Of a stretch of 64,000 bases of DNA, positions 22,091-31,892 are shown in pieces. The stretch spans positions 896,001-960,000 of the forward strand of contig CBDCUI010000009.1 in NCBI GenBank assembly GCA_965222615.1, given 5' to 3'. This stretch comes from Gammaproteobacteria bacterium. GTDB lineage: Bacteria > Pseudomonadota > Gammaproteobacteria > UBA4575. The position numbers and the translations under genes were made by a program. Numbering within the stretch: position 1 is the first letter of the stretch; each line of letters opens with the position of its first letter. The notes beneath the pieces are model-generated. The model did no database searches. It was given only the letters and a program-made list of their open reading frames with translations, and was not told the origin of the DNA.

Positions 22091-22858
22091 ATGAACGTCA
22101 CTATCAAATCCCTTGAAGAAATCAAAAAAATGCGGGTTGCCGGCAAACTAGCATCTGAAGTACTGGAAATGATTGAGTCGCATGTTGTAACCGGTATCAG
22201 CACAGACGAGCTAGACAGTATCTGCCACGAATACATCGTCAATGAACTTAACGCCATTCCTGCACCACTTAATTATCGTGGATTTCCTAAATCGATATGC
22301 ACCTCCGTAAATCACCAGGTTTGTCATGGTATTCCGGGAAATCGCACGCTTAAAAATGGTGATATTCTGAATATCGACATCACCATCATAAAAGATGGCT
22401 TCCATGGGGACACCAGTAAAATGTTCTTTATTGGCAAACCGACAGTACGAGCAAAACGTCTTGTAGAACTCACTTATAAAGCATTAAAAATTGGTATACA
22501 GCATGTACAACCCGGTGCAAAACTTGGTGACATTGGCCATGCCATTCAAAGCTTTGTAGAAAAAAATCGATGCTCTGTGGTACGTGAATATTGTGGGCAT
22601 GGAATTGGTCGCATGTTTCATGAAGACCCTCAAATCCTTCATTATGGCAAACCCCATACTGGCTTGGAGTTAAATCCTGGAATGACCTTCACAATCGAGC
22701 CTATGGTAAATGCGGGGAAACGGAATGTTCGTCTTTTGCCCGATGGCTGGACTGTTGTCACCAAAGACCACAGCTTATCTGCACAATGGGAGCACACTGT
22801 TCTAGTCACAGATAATGGCTATGAAGTACTAACACTGCGTAGCGATGAAAACTTATAA
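22091..22858 (+). CDS. map: Methionine aminopeptidase type I
   Basis: CTSVNHQVCHGIP, DGFHGDTS, CGHGIG, FTIEPM, SAQWEHT. Confidence 0.98.
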   Translation: MNVTIKSLEEIKKMRVAGKLASEVLEMIESHVVTGISTDELDSICHEYIVNELNAIPAPLNYRGFPKSICTSVNHQVCHGIPGNRTLKNGDILNIDITIIKDGFHGDTSKMFFIGKPTVRAKRLVELTYKALKIGIQHVQPGAKLGDIGHAIQSFVEKNRCSVVREYCGHGIGRMFHEDPQILHYGKPHTGLELNPGMTFTIEPMVNAGKRNVRLLPDGWTVVTKDHSLSAQWEHTVLVTDNGYEVLTLRSDENL

Positions 22859-22906
22859 GTGACCAGAAAAATTTTCAAAATTAATTTTTAAAATGTATTT
22901 ATATAA

Positions 22907-25591
22907 ATGCTGAATGTAAATGTATTTGATGTATTAGCTCCAGAAGCACCGATTTTAAAATATTTAAGCCCATCTGCACGCTTAGAACCGACGGTTTCTA
23001 ATTATAAACAGTTTAGAACTGAACTATTGGAACTGCTAAGAGAACGTTTTGAAAGCAACTCAGACATCTATGAACTTATTTCACTCAATACTTGTATCAT
23101 GGATACTGCACTAAAGAATTTTTGGATAGATTTCAAAATTCCAACCAATGAAGGTGCACTTATTGCGATTGGTGGCTATGGTCGTCGCGAACTTTTTCCA
23201 GAATCCGATATAGATTTGATGATCGTACTTAAAGAAGACGTTAATGAAGAAGTAAAAACGAAAATTGAAGAGTTTCTAACTTTTTTATGGGATATAAATT
23301 TACCAATTGCTCAATCAGTACGAACAGTAAGAGATTGCCTCACCGAAGCCAAAAAAGATGTCACCGTTATGACAAGCCTAATGGAATTATATTTCCTTTC
23401 TGGCAGCAAAAATCTATATACTCAAATCCATAAGTTAGTAAACGATGATAAAATTTGGCCTAGCAAAAAATATTTCAAAGAAAAAACTCTAGAATTAGAC
23501 AGCCGTCATCACAAATATGGAGACACTGCCAATCACCTTGAACCAAATGTTAAAGAAAACCCAGGGGGCTTACGTGATATCCATACTTTACGATGGTTAA
23601 CGAATCGTTATTTTAAAACTAATTCATTTGAAGAATTAGTAACAAAAAAATTTTTGTCTGCTAATGAACTAAATTTAATCCAACAAGCATATAAAGTAAT
23701 CGCAAAGATAAGATTTGCTTTGCACCTGCATGTGCAGCGGAGCGAAGATCGCTTATTATTTGACTACCAATACGATATTGCCTCTTTACTAGGTTACTAC
23801 AACGATAATAGAAACCTACGTGTAGAAGAATTTATGCAGGTCTTCTATAGGAATAGCAATCAACTTTCCACACTTTCTGGAATTATCATCAATCGATTAC
23901 GCTCAAGAATTTTTCCAGGAATATTTAAACGCAGAGCAAAACCCATTAATGAGCGTTTTCAAATACGTGCAAATTTGCTCGAAGCAACACACTCAAATAT
24001 TTTTGCTAAGACACCTTCAGCCATGTTGGAATTATTTCAACTGCTGCAGCAACACAGCAATTTGTCAGGACTCAGTGATCAGCTTCAACAACTCATCATT
24101 GATAATTTACATATAATTGACGAAAAATTTAGAAACGACTCTATAAATTGCAGTCTTTTTGTTTCAATTTTAAGCCAACTACATACTAATCATCGTGAGA
24201 TAAGGCGTATGGCACAATTAGGTGTATTAGGAAAATACTGGCCAAGTTTTGATGAGGTCACGGGCAGAATGCAGTTCGACTTGTATCATGTTTATACTGT
24301 AGAAGAGCATACCCTTAGAGTTTTTGAAAATACGTGTGCATTTAGCGAGCCCAACCCCAATTCAGAATTCGAAACCTATCATGATATTTTTACACAAACC
24401 CCAAAAGCGTTATTACTATATGTTGCAGCATTATTTCATGACATCGCTAAAGGCAGGGATGGTGATCACTCAGAACTCGGTGCCAATGAGGTTATAGCTT
24501 TTTGCCAAAAACATGATCTAAGCAATTACGACACTAAACTTGTGAGCTGGCTTGTAAAAAATCATCTTCTTATGTCGATGACTGCACAAAACAAAGACAT
24601 TAGTGACCCAGAAATAATAAAAGAATTTGCTGATAAAGTAGTTAACCTAACACGTTTAAATTATTTATACCTATTAACCATCGCTGACATTCGTGGAACG
24701 AATCCAAAGCTGTGGAATAATTGGCGAAGCGCTTTACTAGCAGAGCTTTATCAAAGCACTTCAAGACATTTAAGACGTGGTATAGATACTCCGATTAATC
24801 GTGATGAATTAATTAATGAAGTCAAAGAATCTGCACTACTTGGCTTACGAAAACGAGGATTCGATCAAAGCGGCTGCTTAACATTTTGGCAAGAACTAGA
24901 TGATGAATACTTTTTACGGCACTCTGATGAAGAAGTGATAAGGCATACTCAAGCAGTATTAGAGCACCAGGAATATGATGAAATTATTATCAATATACAT
25001 CAGTACAGCGCGAGAGGCGCAACAGAGATATTCATTTATTGTAATGACAGAAATTATTTATTTGCACACATTACTTCAACGTTAGCCAAACTTAATATTT
25101 CGATTGTGCATGCCAGAATTATCACTTCTAAAAAGGGACATGCCTTAGATACATTTTTGATTTTAGATGCTAACAACGAACCCATAAATGATGCCAAACA
25201 ATGTAATTTAGTAGCAAGTAGATTAAAGGAGGCACTCAAAAATCCTGAGCAGATAAACGATACCCCTTCACAAGGCTTACCTCGTCGCATTAGAGAGCTT
25301 AGAGTACCAATTGAAATTCAATTTGATGAAACTTCAAACAAGGCCTACACTAGTTTAGAAATTAAAGCACCAGATTTCCCAGGATTACTCGCCAGTATAG
25401 GAAGCGCATTTGTAGACTGCAATGTCGCTGTACATAATGCACGCATATCAAAACTAGGCGAGCGAGTTCATAATATTTTTCAACTTACAAATCTTGCCAA
25501 CCACCCATTAGATCAATCACAACAAGATCAGCTTGCGTGTTCCATAAACGAGTATTTGCTGCAACCTAAGCAAATACTACTCGCTGTGTAG
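22907..25591 (+). CDS. glnD: [Protein-PII] uridylyltransferase
   Basis: GGYGRREL..SDIDL, LEPNVKENPGGLRD, HDIAKGR, C-terminal ACT domains. Confidence 0.96.
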   Translation: MLNVNVFDVLAPEAPILKYLSPSARLEPTVSNYKQFRTELLELLRERFESNSDIYELISLNTCIMDTALKNFWIDFKIPTNEGALIAIGGYGRRELFPESDIDLMIVLKEDVNEEVKTKIEEFLTFLWDINLPIAQSVRTVRDCLTEAKKDVTVMTSLMELYFLSGSKNLYTQIHKLVNDDKIWPSKKYFKEKTLELDSRHHKYGDTANHLEPNVKENPGGLRDIHTLRWLTNRYFKTNSFEELVTKKFLSANELNLIQQAYKVIAKIRFALHLHVQRSEDRLLFDYQYDIASLLGYYNDNRNLRVEEFMQVFYRNSNQLSTLSGIIINRLRSRIFPGIFKRRAKPINERFQIRANLLEATHSNIFAKTPSAMLELFQLLQQHSNLSGLSDQLQQLIIDNLHIIDEKFRNDSINCSLFVSILSQLHTNHREIRRMAQLGVLGKYWPSFDEVTGRMQFDLYHVYTVEEHTLRVFENTCAFSEPNPNSEFETYHDIFTQTPKALLLYVAALFHDIAKGRDGDHSELGANEVIAFCQKHDLSNYDTKLVSWLVKNHLLMSMTAQNKDISDPEIIKEFADKVVNLTRLNYLYLLTIADIRGTNPKLWNNWRSALLAELYQSTSRHLRRGIDTPINRDELINEVKESALLGLRKRGFDQSGCLTFWQELDDEYFLRHSDEEVIRHTQAVLEHQEYDEIIINIHQYSARGATEIFIYCNDRNYLFAHITSTLAKLNISIVHARIITSKKGHALDTFLILDANNEPINDAKQCNLVASRLKEALKNPEQINDTPSQGLPRRIRELRVPIEIQFDETSNKAYTSLEIKAPDFPGLLASIGSAFVDCNVAVHNARISKLGERVHNIFQLTNLANHPLDQSQQDQLACSINEYLLQPKQILLAV

Positions 25592-25599
25592 TTTTTCCT

Positions 25600-26796
25600 A
25601 TGAATCCCAATTTGCAAAAACTACAGACTTATCCTTTTGAAAAATTAAAGTTGCTCATTAACCAACCTCCCTCTAGCAACCAATTAGACCCTATTTCGTT
25701 GGCAATTGGTGAGCCGAAGCATGCAACACCTGAAATCATTAAAGTGGCATTAGCAGATAATCTAAACCAACTTGACAAATATCCTACAACACGTGGATCC
25801 AATGCCCTACGTGCAAGCTGTGTTAATTGGTTGATAAATCGATTTAAACTGCATACGGAAAATATCAACGAAAACGACAATGTGTTACCGGTAAACGGTA
25901 CGCGTGAAGCATTGTTTGCCTTTGCACAATGTGTCGTGAACTCAAATGAAAAACCTATCGTTTTAATTCCAAATCCCTTCTATCAAATTTATGAGGGTGC
26001 TGCATTACTCGCTGGTGCAGAACCTGTTTATTATGATTGCAAAATAGTGAATGGTGACATCCCTGCATTGTGGGAACTAGGCAACGATGTATGGCAACGT
26101 TGTCAATTGTTTTATATATGCACCCCAGGAAACCCAACTGGTGAAGTTGCTCCCGCTTCTACTATGCAAAAGTTAATTGAGTATTCAATAGAATATAACT
26201 TTATTCTTGCATCCGATGAATGTTACTCAGAAATATATCCTAGCAATACCACTCCTCCTATGGGACTGCTTTACCATGCCCAACAAGCGGGTAATACGGC
26301 CATGCAAAACTGCTTAAGTTTTTTCAGCCTCTCAAAGCGATCCAACGCACCCGGGCTACGTTCTGGTTTTGTAGCCGGTGCGAATAAATTAATTGAGCAG
26401 TTTTTTCAATACCGCACCTACCATGGCTGTGCCATGTCGTTACCCATACAGGCCGCTAGCATTGCTGCCTGGTCCGATGAAAAACACGTTGAAGAAAATC
26501 GCCGCCTGTATGATGAAAAGTTTATAGCAGTATTGGAAATATTCAAAGATGTCCTACCTTGTGACAGACCCCAGGCAGGTTTTTATCTGTGGCCAAAACT
26601 TGTTCTAGATGATGAGCAATTTGCACAATCACTATATATAAAGAAAAATGTCCTCACCTTACCTGGTAGCTACTTAGCTCGTACTGTAAATAACATAAAC
26701 CCGGGTAAAAACCGAGTGCGCCTTGCCTTAGTTGCAAAAAAACAAGAATGCATACAAGCTGCTACTCGGATAAAAGAATACCTACAAAAAATATAG
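25600..26796 (+). CDS. dapC: Succinyldiaminopimelate transaminase
   Basis: YPFEKL, IGEPKH, NPFYQIYEGA, SLSKRSNAPGLRSG; precedes dapD. Confidence 0.92.
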   Translation: MNPNLQKLQTYPFEKLKLLINQPPSSNQLDPISLAIGEPKHATPEIIKVALADNLNQLDKYPTTRGSNALRASCVNWLINRFKLHTENINENDNVLPVNGTREALFAFAQCVVNSNEKPIVLIPNPFYQIYEGAALLAGAEPVYYDCKIVNGDIPALWELGNDVWQRCQLFYICTPGNPTGEVAPASTMQKLIEYSIEYNFILASDECYSEIYPSNTTPPMGLLYHAQQAGNTAMQNCLSFFSLSKRSNAPGLRSGFVAGANKLIEQFFQYRTYHGCAMSLPIQAASIAAWSDEKHVEENRRLYDEKFIAVLEIFKDVLPCDRPQAGFYLWPKLVLDDEQFAQSLYIKKNVLTLPGSYLARTVNNINPGKNRVRLALVAKKQECIQAATRIKEYLQKI

Positions 26797-26825
26797 TAAA
26801 GAAATAGATAATGACAGGAGAAACA

Positions 26826-27653
26826 ATGAGTAGCTCAAATCAAGAAATAATTGAATCGGCATTTGAGAATCTTTCGACCATAACCCCGACTTCTATCGAT
26901 CCAGATATACGCAATGCGGTGGAATCAACACTACAACAGCTTGACAAAGGCGATGTACGTGTTGCCGAAAAACATGGCAGCGATTGGAAAGTAAATGAAT
27001 GGCTTAAAAAAGCGGTACTACTTTCATTCCGTATGAATGAAAACCAAATCACTGACACGGGTTTTACTAAATATTATGACAAGGTTGCAACAAAATTTTC
27101 GCAAATGAACGATGTTGAAATTCAACAGTTAGGCGCACGCATTGTACCTCCAGCAATGGCTAGACACGGAGCCTATATTGCGCCCGATGTAGTATTGATG
27201 CCCAGTTATGTGAATATTGGTGCCTATGTAGATTCGGGAACTATGGTTGATACTTGGGCAACTGTTGGATCATGTGCACAAATTGGAAAAAATGTACATT
27301 TATCTGGTGGCGTAGGCATTGGAGGGGTGTTGGAACCATTGCAAGCCTCACCCACCATCATTGAAGACAATTGTTTTATCGGCGCTCGTTCAGAAGTTGT
27401 GGAAGGTGTTATTGTAGAGCAAGGATCTGTCATTTCGATGGGGGTATATATTGGTAAAAGCACAAAGATATATAACCGAGAAACCGGAGAAGTAAGTTTT
27501 GGCCGAATTCCAGCTGGCTCCGTCGTAGTTTCAGGAAACCTGCCTTCAAAAGACGGAAAATATAGCTTGTACTGTGCCGTGATCGTAAAGCAAGTAGATG
27601 AAAAAACACGCAGTAAAGTTGGCATTAATGAATTACTACGTTCGATAGATTAA
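26826..27653 (+). CDS. dapD: Tetrahydrodipicolinate N-succinyltransferase
   Basis: [30 protein letters not shown]; second ATG chosen because AGGAG precedes it. Confidence 0.97.
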   Translation: MSSSNQEIIESAFENLSTITPTSIDPDIRNAVESTLQQLDKGDVRVAEKHGSDWKVNEWLKKAVLLSFRMNENQITDTGFTKYYDKVATKFSQMNDVEIQQLGARIVPPAMARHGAYIAPDVVLMPSYVNIGAYVDSGTMVDTWATVGSCAQIGKNVHLSGGVGIGGVLEPLQASPTIIEDNCFIGARSEVVEGVIVEQGSVISMGVYIGKSTKIYNRETGEVSFGRIPAGSVVVSGNLPSKDGKYSLYCAVIVKQVDEKTRSKVGINELLRSID

Positions 27654-27664
27654 AGCTCTAGAAT

Positions 27665-28009
27665 ATGGTTAAAGTATTCGGTATTCCTAACTGTGATCAA
27701 GTAAAAAAATCTCAAAAATGGTTGAAAGACCAGAATATTAATTTTGATTTTCACGATTACAAACAACTAGGCATCACTAAGAAGCAACTCAACGATTGGT
27801 GTAAAACCGTTGATTGGGAGTTGCTGCTGAATAAGCGTAGCAGAACGTGGAAAGAACTTAGCGAGAAAGATCGGTCTAACCTCAACCAGACAAAAGCTAT
27901 TACTTTAATGCACCAGCATCCTACTTTAATCAAACGGCCTGTTGTTCAGAAAGGTAAAATCATTGAAGTAGGGTTTAATAGCAAAATATTTCTCCAAAAA
28001 TTTACATGA
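27665..28009 (+). CDS. ArsC/Spx family protein (YffB-like)
   Basis: GIPNCD, FHDYK, LIKRPV; typical position before dapE. Confidence 0.88.
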   Translation: MVKVFGIPNCDQVKKSQKWLKDQNINFDFHDYKQLGITKKQLNDWCKTVDWELLLNKRSRTWKELSEKDRSNLNQTKAITLMHQHPTLIKRPVVQKGKIIEVGFNSKIFLQKFT

Positions 28010-28024
28010 ATCACTTACATAAGC

Positions 28025-29152
28025 ATGTCTGCCACACTTGATCTCGTCAAACAATTAATTCAGAAAGCATCGGTAACACCCGATGATGCTGGGTGCCAGT
28101 CGTTAATTAGTGAATATTTACAATTTTCGGGATTCGAAGCTGAAGTCATGCAGTTTGAAAATGTTACCAATCTTTGGTTACGACGTGGTGATGAAGCTCC
28201 GCTATTTGTTTTCGCAGGACATACCGATGTGGTACCTACAGGACCGTTAGAACAATGGCATTCCGATCCTTTTATACCTGAGATTCGTGATCATCAAATA
28301 TTTGGACGTGGTGCAGCCGATATGAAGTCCAGCATCGCAGCCATGGCCGTCGCCTGCAAAAATTTTGTGGCATCAAATCCTGATCATAAAGGATCTATTG
28401 CTTTTCTACTTACCAGCGATGAAGAAGGCCCCGCGGTGAATGGCACTGTCAAAGTTATTGAAGAGTTGCAAGCACGACATGAAAACATCGATATGTGTAT
28501 TGTTGGTGAACCCAGCAGCACTAATACACTTGGCGATACTCTTAAAATAGGACGGCGTGGCTCACTCTCTGCAACACTTTTTGTCTATGGCGTGCAAGGT
28601 CATGTTGCTTACCCTCATTTAGCAAAAAACCCTGTGCATGAATTTGCACCTGCTCTTACAGAATTAACCTCGCTTCAATGGGATGCCGGTAATGAGCATT
28701 TCCCTGCCACAACTTTTCAAATCTCAAATATCAATGCAGGCGCCGGTGCAAGTAACATTATTCCCGGAATGTTACAAATTGATTTTAATTTACGTTTTTC
28801 TACAGAGATTTCTGTAGATGAAATTAAAACTAAAATCCTAAGTATATTGGATAAACACAGTTTAGATTACGAGATTGAATGGCATCTTTCTGGAAATCCT
28901 TTTTATTGTGAACCAGGCGAATTAACTCAAGCCTGTGTACAAGCCATTCAAGAAACGATGAATATTAAACCGGAACTTTCAACAGGTGGCGGTACTTCAG
29001 ATGGGAGATTTATTGCACCGACTGGCGCACAGGTAGTAGAACTCGGGCCAGTCAATGAAAGCATTCATAAGGTAAATGAACATATTGAAGTTGAAGCATT
29101 GGATCAATTAACAGAGATTTATCAGCGAGTTTTGGAGAGGTTGTTGGTTTGA
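28025..29152 (+). CDS. dapE: Succinyl-diaminopimelate desuccinylase
   Basis: GHTDVVP, GRGAADMK, SDEEG, GGGTSDGRF. Confidence 0.97.
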   Translation: MSATLDLVKQLIQKASVTPDDAGCQSLISEYLQFSGFEAEVMQFENVTNLWLRRGDEAPLFVFAGHTDVVPTGPLEQWHSDPFIPEIRDHQIFGRGAADMKSSIAAMAVACKNFVASNPDHKGSIAFLLTSDEEGPAVNGTVKVIEELQARHENIDMCIVGEPSSTNTLGDTLKIGRRGSLSATLFVYGVQGHVAYPHLAKNPVHEFAPALTELTSLQWDAGNEHFPATTFQISNINAGAGASNIIPGMLQIDFNLRFSTEISVDEIKTKILSILDKHSLDYEIEWHLSGNPFYCEPGELTQACVQAIQETMNIKPELSTGGGTSDGRFIAPTGAQVVELGPVNESIHKVNEHIEVEALDQLTEIYQRVLERLLV

Positions 29153-29157
29153 TTTTT

Positions 29158-29187
29158 GGTGTTTGGTAGCGGGCTAAAGCAGTCATT
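29158..29187. repeat. 30-bp palindrome copy R1 (right arm intact, left arm degenerate)
   Basis: aagcagtcatt (29177-29187) identical to 30990-31000; contains the stop codon of ORF 29183-29482. Confidence 0.5.
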
Positions 29188-29482
29188 CGATATTGTAAAT
29201 AAAAGTAAACATTGATCCTAAAATAATAATTACTGCAAATAATGTTATTGGTAACCTTGCAAGTCGTTTGTACAAAATACCTCTATCAGTAAGAGCTGAA
29301 TTTGGCGCTAAAAATAAGAGGCCAAAGTTAAATTGGCCTTTGCATCGTTCATTTAAATAAGCTCTTTCAGTTTCATTTATAATGTGGCCACTTATTTTTC
29401 TATCGAAATAGCCATGAGCAAACAAGAAAATTGCTGAAATTGATATTAGGAATAATGTCATTACTAGTAACAATTTAATCAA
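29183..29482 (-). CDS. Small hypothetical membrane protein
   Basis: 99-aa ORF with hydrophobic N- and C-terminal segments; no recognisable family. Confidence 0.55.
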   Translation of the reverse strand: MIKLLLVMTLFLISISAIFLFAHGYFDRKISGHIINETERAYLNERCKGQFNFGLLFLAPNSALTDRGILYKRLARLPITLFAVIIILGSMFTFIYNIE

Positions 29483-29499
29483 TAACTATCAAACGATTA

Positions 29500-29529
29500 T
29501 ATGTCAACTTTGGATCGTTACCGGACATT
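29500..29529. repeat. 30-bp palindrome copy R2
   Basis: tatgtcaact-ttggatcgtt-accggacatt; spacer 8/10 identical to that of R5. Confidence 0.6.
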
Positions 29530-29572
29530 TTAGGCTTGTAGTGTATTGGTTCCAACCTAGTCAGTCCTAAAT

Positions 29573-29601
29573 ATTGTCAGTTTCGGTCAGTAGCGGTCAT
29601 C
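29573..29601. repeat. 30-bp palindrome copy R3 (29 bp)
   Basis: attgtcagtt-tcggtcagt-agcggtcatc. Confidence 0.5.
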
Positions 29602-29637
29602 TCAAAACTGATTAATATTATAAATTTCACCGCGCCC

Positions 29638-30015
29638 CTACTTTTCAAACATCAGCATTGAACCTACTAGAGCAATAGCAAAAAGCACAGTTAACGGTTC
29701 TGCTGAAATAAATTTTTTCTTTGCTGCGTCATTAATATTCATAACTTTTAGCCGTAGTATATTCCACCCACTCTCAAATATAGAGATGGCTAGCAATATA
29801 GTGCCTAATATGACGCCATATCCAGTATCTAGCTGAAACATGAATACAACAAATATGACTGCACTGAGACCAATTAAAAACTTAGAATTAACGCTTTTAT
29901 ATAAATCTTTTTCTGACTCATTCAATGAACGTTGAGTCTTCATATTCCAAGATATTTGAATGATGACAATAAAAATTGATGCTACTACACCAATAATCCA
30001 ATAGCTATTATTCAT
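29638..30015 (-). CDS. Hypothetical membrane protein (about 4 TM segments)
   Basis: 125-aa hydrophobic ORF, ATG start. Confidence 0.6.
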   Translation of the reverse strand: MNNSYWIIGVVASIFIVIIQISWNMKTQRSLNESEKDLYKSVNSKFLIGLSAVIFVVFMFQLDTGYGVILGTILLAISIFESGWNILRLKVMNINDAAKKKFISAEPLTVLFAIALVGSMLMFEK

Positions 30016-30029
30016 ATAGCTTGTGTATT

Positions 30030-30059
30030 AATGTGCGCTTTCGTTTGTTAGCGCCCATT
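30030..30059. repeat. 30-bp palindrome copy R4
   Basis: aatgtgcgct-ttcgtttgtt-agcgcccatt, arms 9/10 complementary; contains the stop codon of ORF 30048-30578. Confidence 0.65.
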
Positions 30060-30578
30060 TTTATTTTTCTGTAATTCTTTTAATTTCTCTTCGGCAATCT
30101 TCAGCTCTTTATCTAATAGCTCAACTCGATCATGGTACTCCTGCGTTAATCGAGCAGCTGGACCAATGAAAACATGATTTGTACCAAGTCTTTCTCCTGG
30201 TAATGGAATTTTACCTTTTTCTAAAGCTTCTTTTTTCTTAGCTACTTCTTGTCTTGCTGCTCTAATTTCAGCAGCGCGTTTTTCTCTGTCACTAATTCTC
30301 TGTTTAATTCGATTAGATACACGATCATGCTTTTGTATGACCTCATCTTGCTTTGCTTTAATTTGCAGAGGGGAAGTCGTGTTAGCTTCTTGTAACTCAA
30401 TTTCTTCAATGTTATTTAAATGATTGGGCGGGTTAGATGTGTAAACGACTTTGCCATTTTCATCGATATATTTATAAACCTTGGTATCAGCATTAACTAC
30501 TGAAAGGATAATAAATAAAAGCGTAAAACAAAAAAACGCAACTATTCGACAACTATTTTGCAAGTGTTTTAAGCCCAT
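30048..30578 (-). CDS. Exported DUF4124-domain protein with coiled coil
   Basis: Signal-like N-terminus then VYKYIDENGKVVYTSNPP. Confidence 0.8.
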   Translation of the reverse strand: MGLKHLQNSCRIVAFFCFTLLFIILSVVNADTKVYKYIDENGKVVYTSNPPNHLNNIEEIELQEANTTSPLQIKAKQDEVIQKHDRVSNRIKQRISDREKRAAEIRAARQEVAKKKEALEKGKIPLPGERLGTNHVFIGPAARLTQEYHDRVELLDKELKIAEEKLKELQKNKNGR

Positions 30579-30718
30579 ATTTTAATTACATAATAATTAT
30601 TGTCAGGCAAATGAGACTCAAGTCATAAAAATAATCTTTAAACTCAAATACATTAGTAATTATAGGGATATGTAAATAGCCTCTAATGCTTTTCTAATTT
30701 TATTTAGATTATTATTTT

Positions 30719-31000
30719 AATGTCTGCTTTGGGTTGTGGTCTCAATAGGTCGATGCAACACTTTGAAATAGAGTGAAAAAAGGTTGCAAAAGCTAAGAGA
30801 AATGCAATTACATCAACATCTTAAGAGTAGATCAATAAAAGATGGCTCGAAGCAAGTAATAATGCAGTATTTAATGTAACCGGTTCATCCAAAAACAACT
30901 CAACACTAAATGGTCATCCGTTTGAGTCAACCTCTTTATTACTAAAAGTTTAGCAAGGTGTTGCATTGACCGATTGAATCGGCAGTCGTAAGCAGTCATT
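30719..31000. repeat. 30-bp palindrome copy R5, split by a MITE
   Basis: aatgtctgctttgggt (30719-30734) + gtcgtaagcagtcatt (30985-31000) rejoin to aatgtctgct-ttgggtcgta-agcagtcatt. Confidence 0.7.
30735..30984. mobile_element. 250-bp non-autonomous IS30-family derivative (MITE)
   Basis: 27-bp TIRs tgtggtctcaataggtcgatgcaacac / gtgttgcattgaccgattgaatcggca (21/27), 2-bp GT duplication, TG...CA ends, no transposase ORF. Confidence 0.7.
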
Positions 31001-31065
31001 TTGAACTCTCGTTTTGATATTCCCAACCTGTTCTTCATTTTAACCTGCCTGACTTTAATTTGTTG

Positions 31066-31109
31066 CATCGTCCCTGATGGACCTCATATTCGCACATCCA
31101 TGTGCTCAC
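31066..31109 (-). repeat. GGA-loop hairpin repeat (family B)
   Basis: Minus strand gtgagcacatggatgtgcgaat...catcagggacgatg; homologous to 46243-46307. Confidence 0.5.
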
Positions 31110-31123
31110 TACCTTGCGCTCAT

Positions 31124-31891
31124 TTATTGCCAGGCTTCTAAAAACTCTGCAAAATGTTTTTCACTAGATTCAGATAAATACTCTTTCACCTGCTGACATT
31201 TATTATCATATTCTTTTTCATAGAGCTTTCCACGTATTAATTCAAAGCGCAAATAAATTAGATAAGTATTTAATACATCCGTTTCGCAGTAATTACGTAT
31301 CGCTTTTAAATCACCATTTAAAAAGGTTTCGCAAACCTTACTGCCATCCATACCTAGTTTGCCCGGAAACCCTAACATGGTCGCAACGTGATCAAGTTTT
31401 GCCGAAGCACGCATTTGATAACCTGCTAAAACATCCATTAAATCGATATGCCGCCAATGGAAACGCCCTAAATAGTTGTTATATCGAAAGCTTGTATCTT
31501 CATCCCCAATTTGCCAGTAATGATGTGCACTTACTCCATGCAATAAAGATCGAAAATGCATTACTGGCAAATCAAAACCACCACCATTCCAGGAAACAAT
31601 AGTGGGATTGTATTTTTCTAATCCATCATAAAAACGTTGTAACAGTTCTTTTTCAGATGATTTTTCTGCGCCTAATGACCAAACCTTAAATGAATCATGT
31701 GTACTAAGAACTGCGGATATTGCCACTATGCGTTGTAAATAATGCGGCATAAATTCACTACCGGTTTGCTGATTCCGCAAATGTTCAATGGCCTTGATGA
31801 CCTCTTTATCCGGCAAACCATCTAAATCATAAATCTTTTTCCCTGACTCCACATCAGGTACGGTTTCAATATCAAATACGAGTACATTCAT
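31124..31891 (-). CDS. PolB-like 3'-5' exonuclease family protein
   Basis: FDIETVPD, SWNGGGFDLP, HIDLMD, YCETDV (DEDDy); start moved to MNVLV just after cysM. Confidence 0.88.
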   Translation of the reverse strand: MNVLVFDIETVPDVESGKKIYDLDGLPDKEVIKAIEHLRNQQTGSEFMPHYLQRIVAISAVLSTHDSFKVWSLGAEKSSEKELLQRFYDGLEKYNPTIVSWNGGGFDLPVMHFRSLLHGVSAHHYWQIGDEDTSFRYNNYLGRFHWRHIDLMDVLAGYQMRASAKLDHVATMLGFPGKLGMDGSKVCETFLNGDLKAIRNYCETDVLNTYLIYLRFELIRGKLYEKEYDNKCQQVKEYLSESSEKHFAEFLEAWQ

Positions 31892-31892
31892 T

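Noticed and set aside
30030-30059. R4 as an integron attC site (minus strand GCTAAC containing the stop codon)
   Set aside because: No matching GTTRRRY box at attC distance, the other copies lack the motif, and 30 bp is too short.
29158-31000. Palindrome copies as a CRISPR array
   Set aside because: Spacing is irregular (43 bp to over 600 bp), whole genes lie between copies, the copies are too divergent, and there are no cas genes.
30871-31068. 65-aa ORF
   Set aside because: It spans the MITE end and repeat R5 and has no recognisable protein features.
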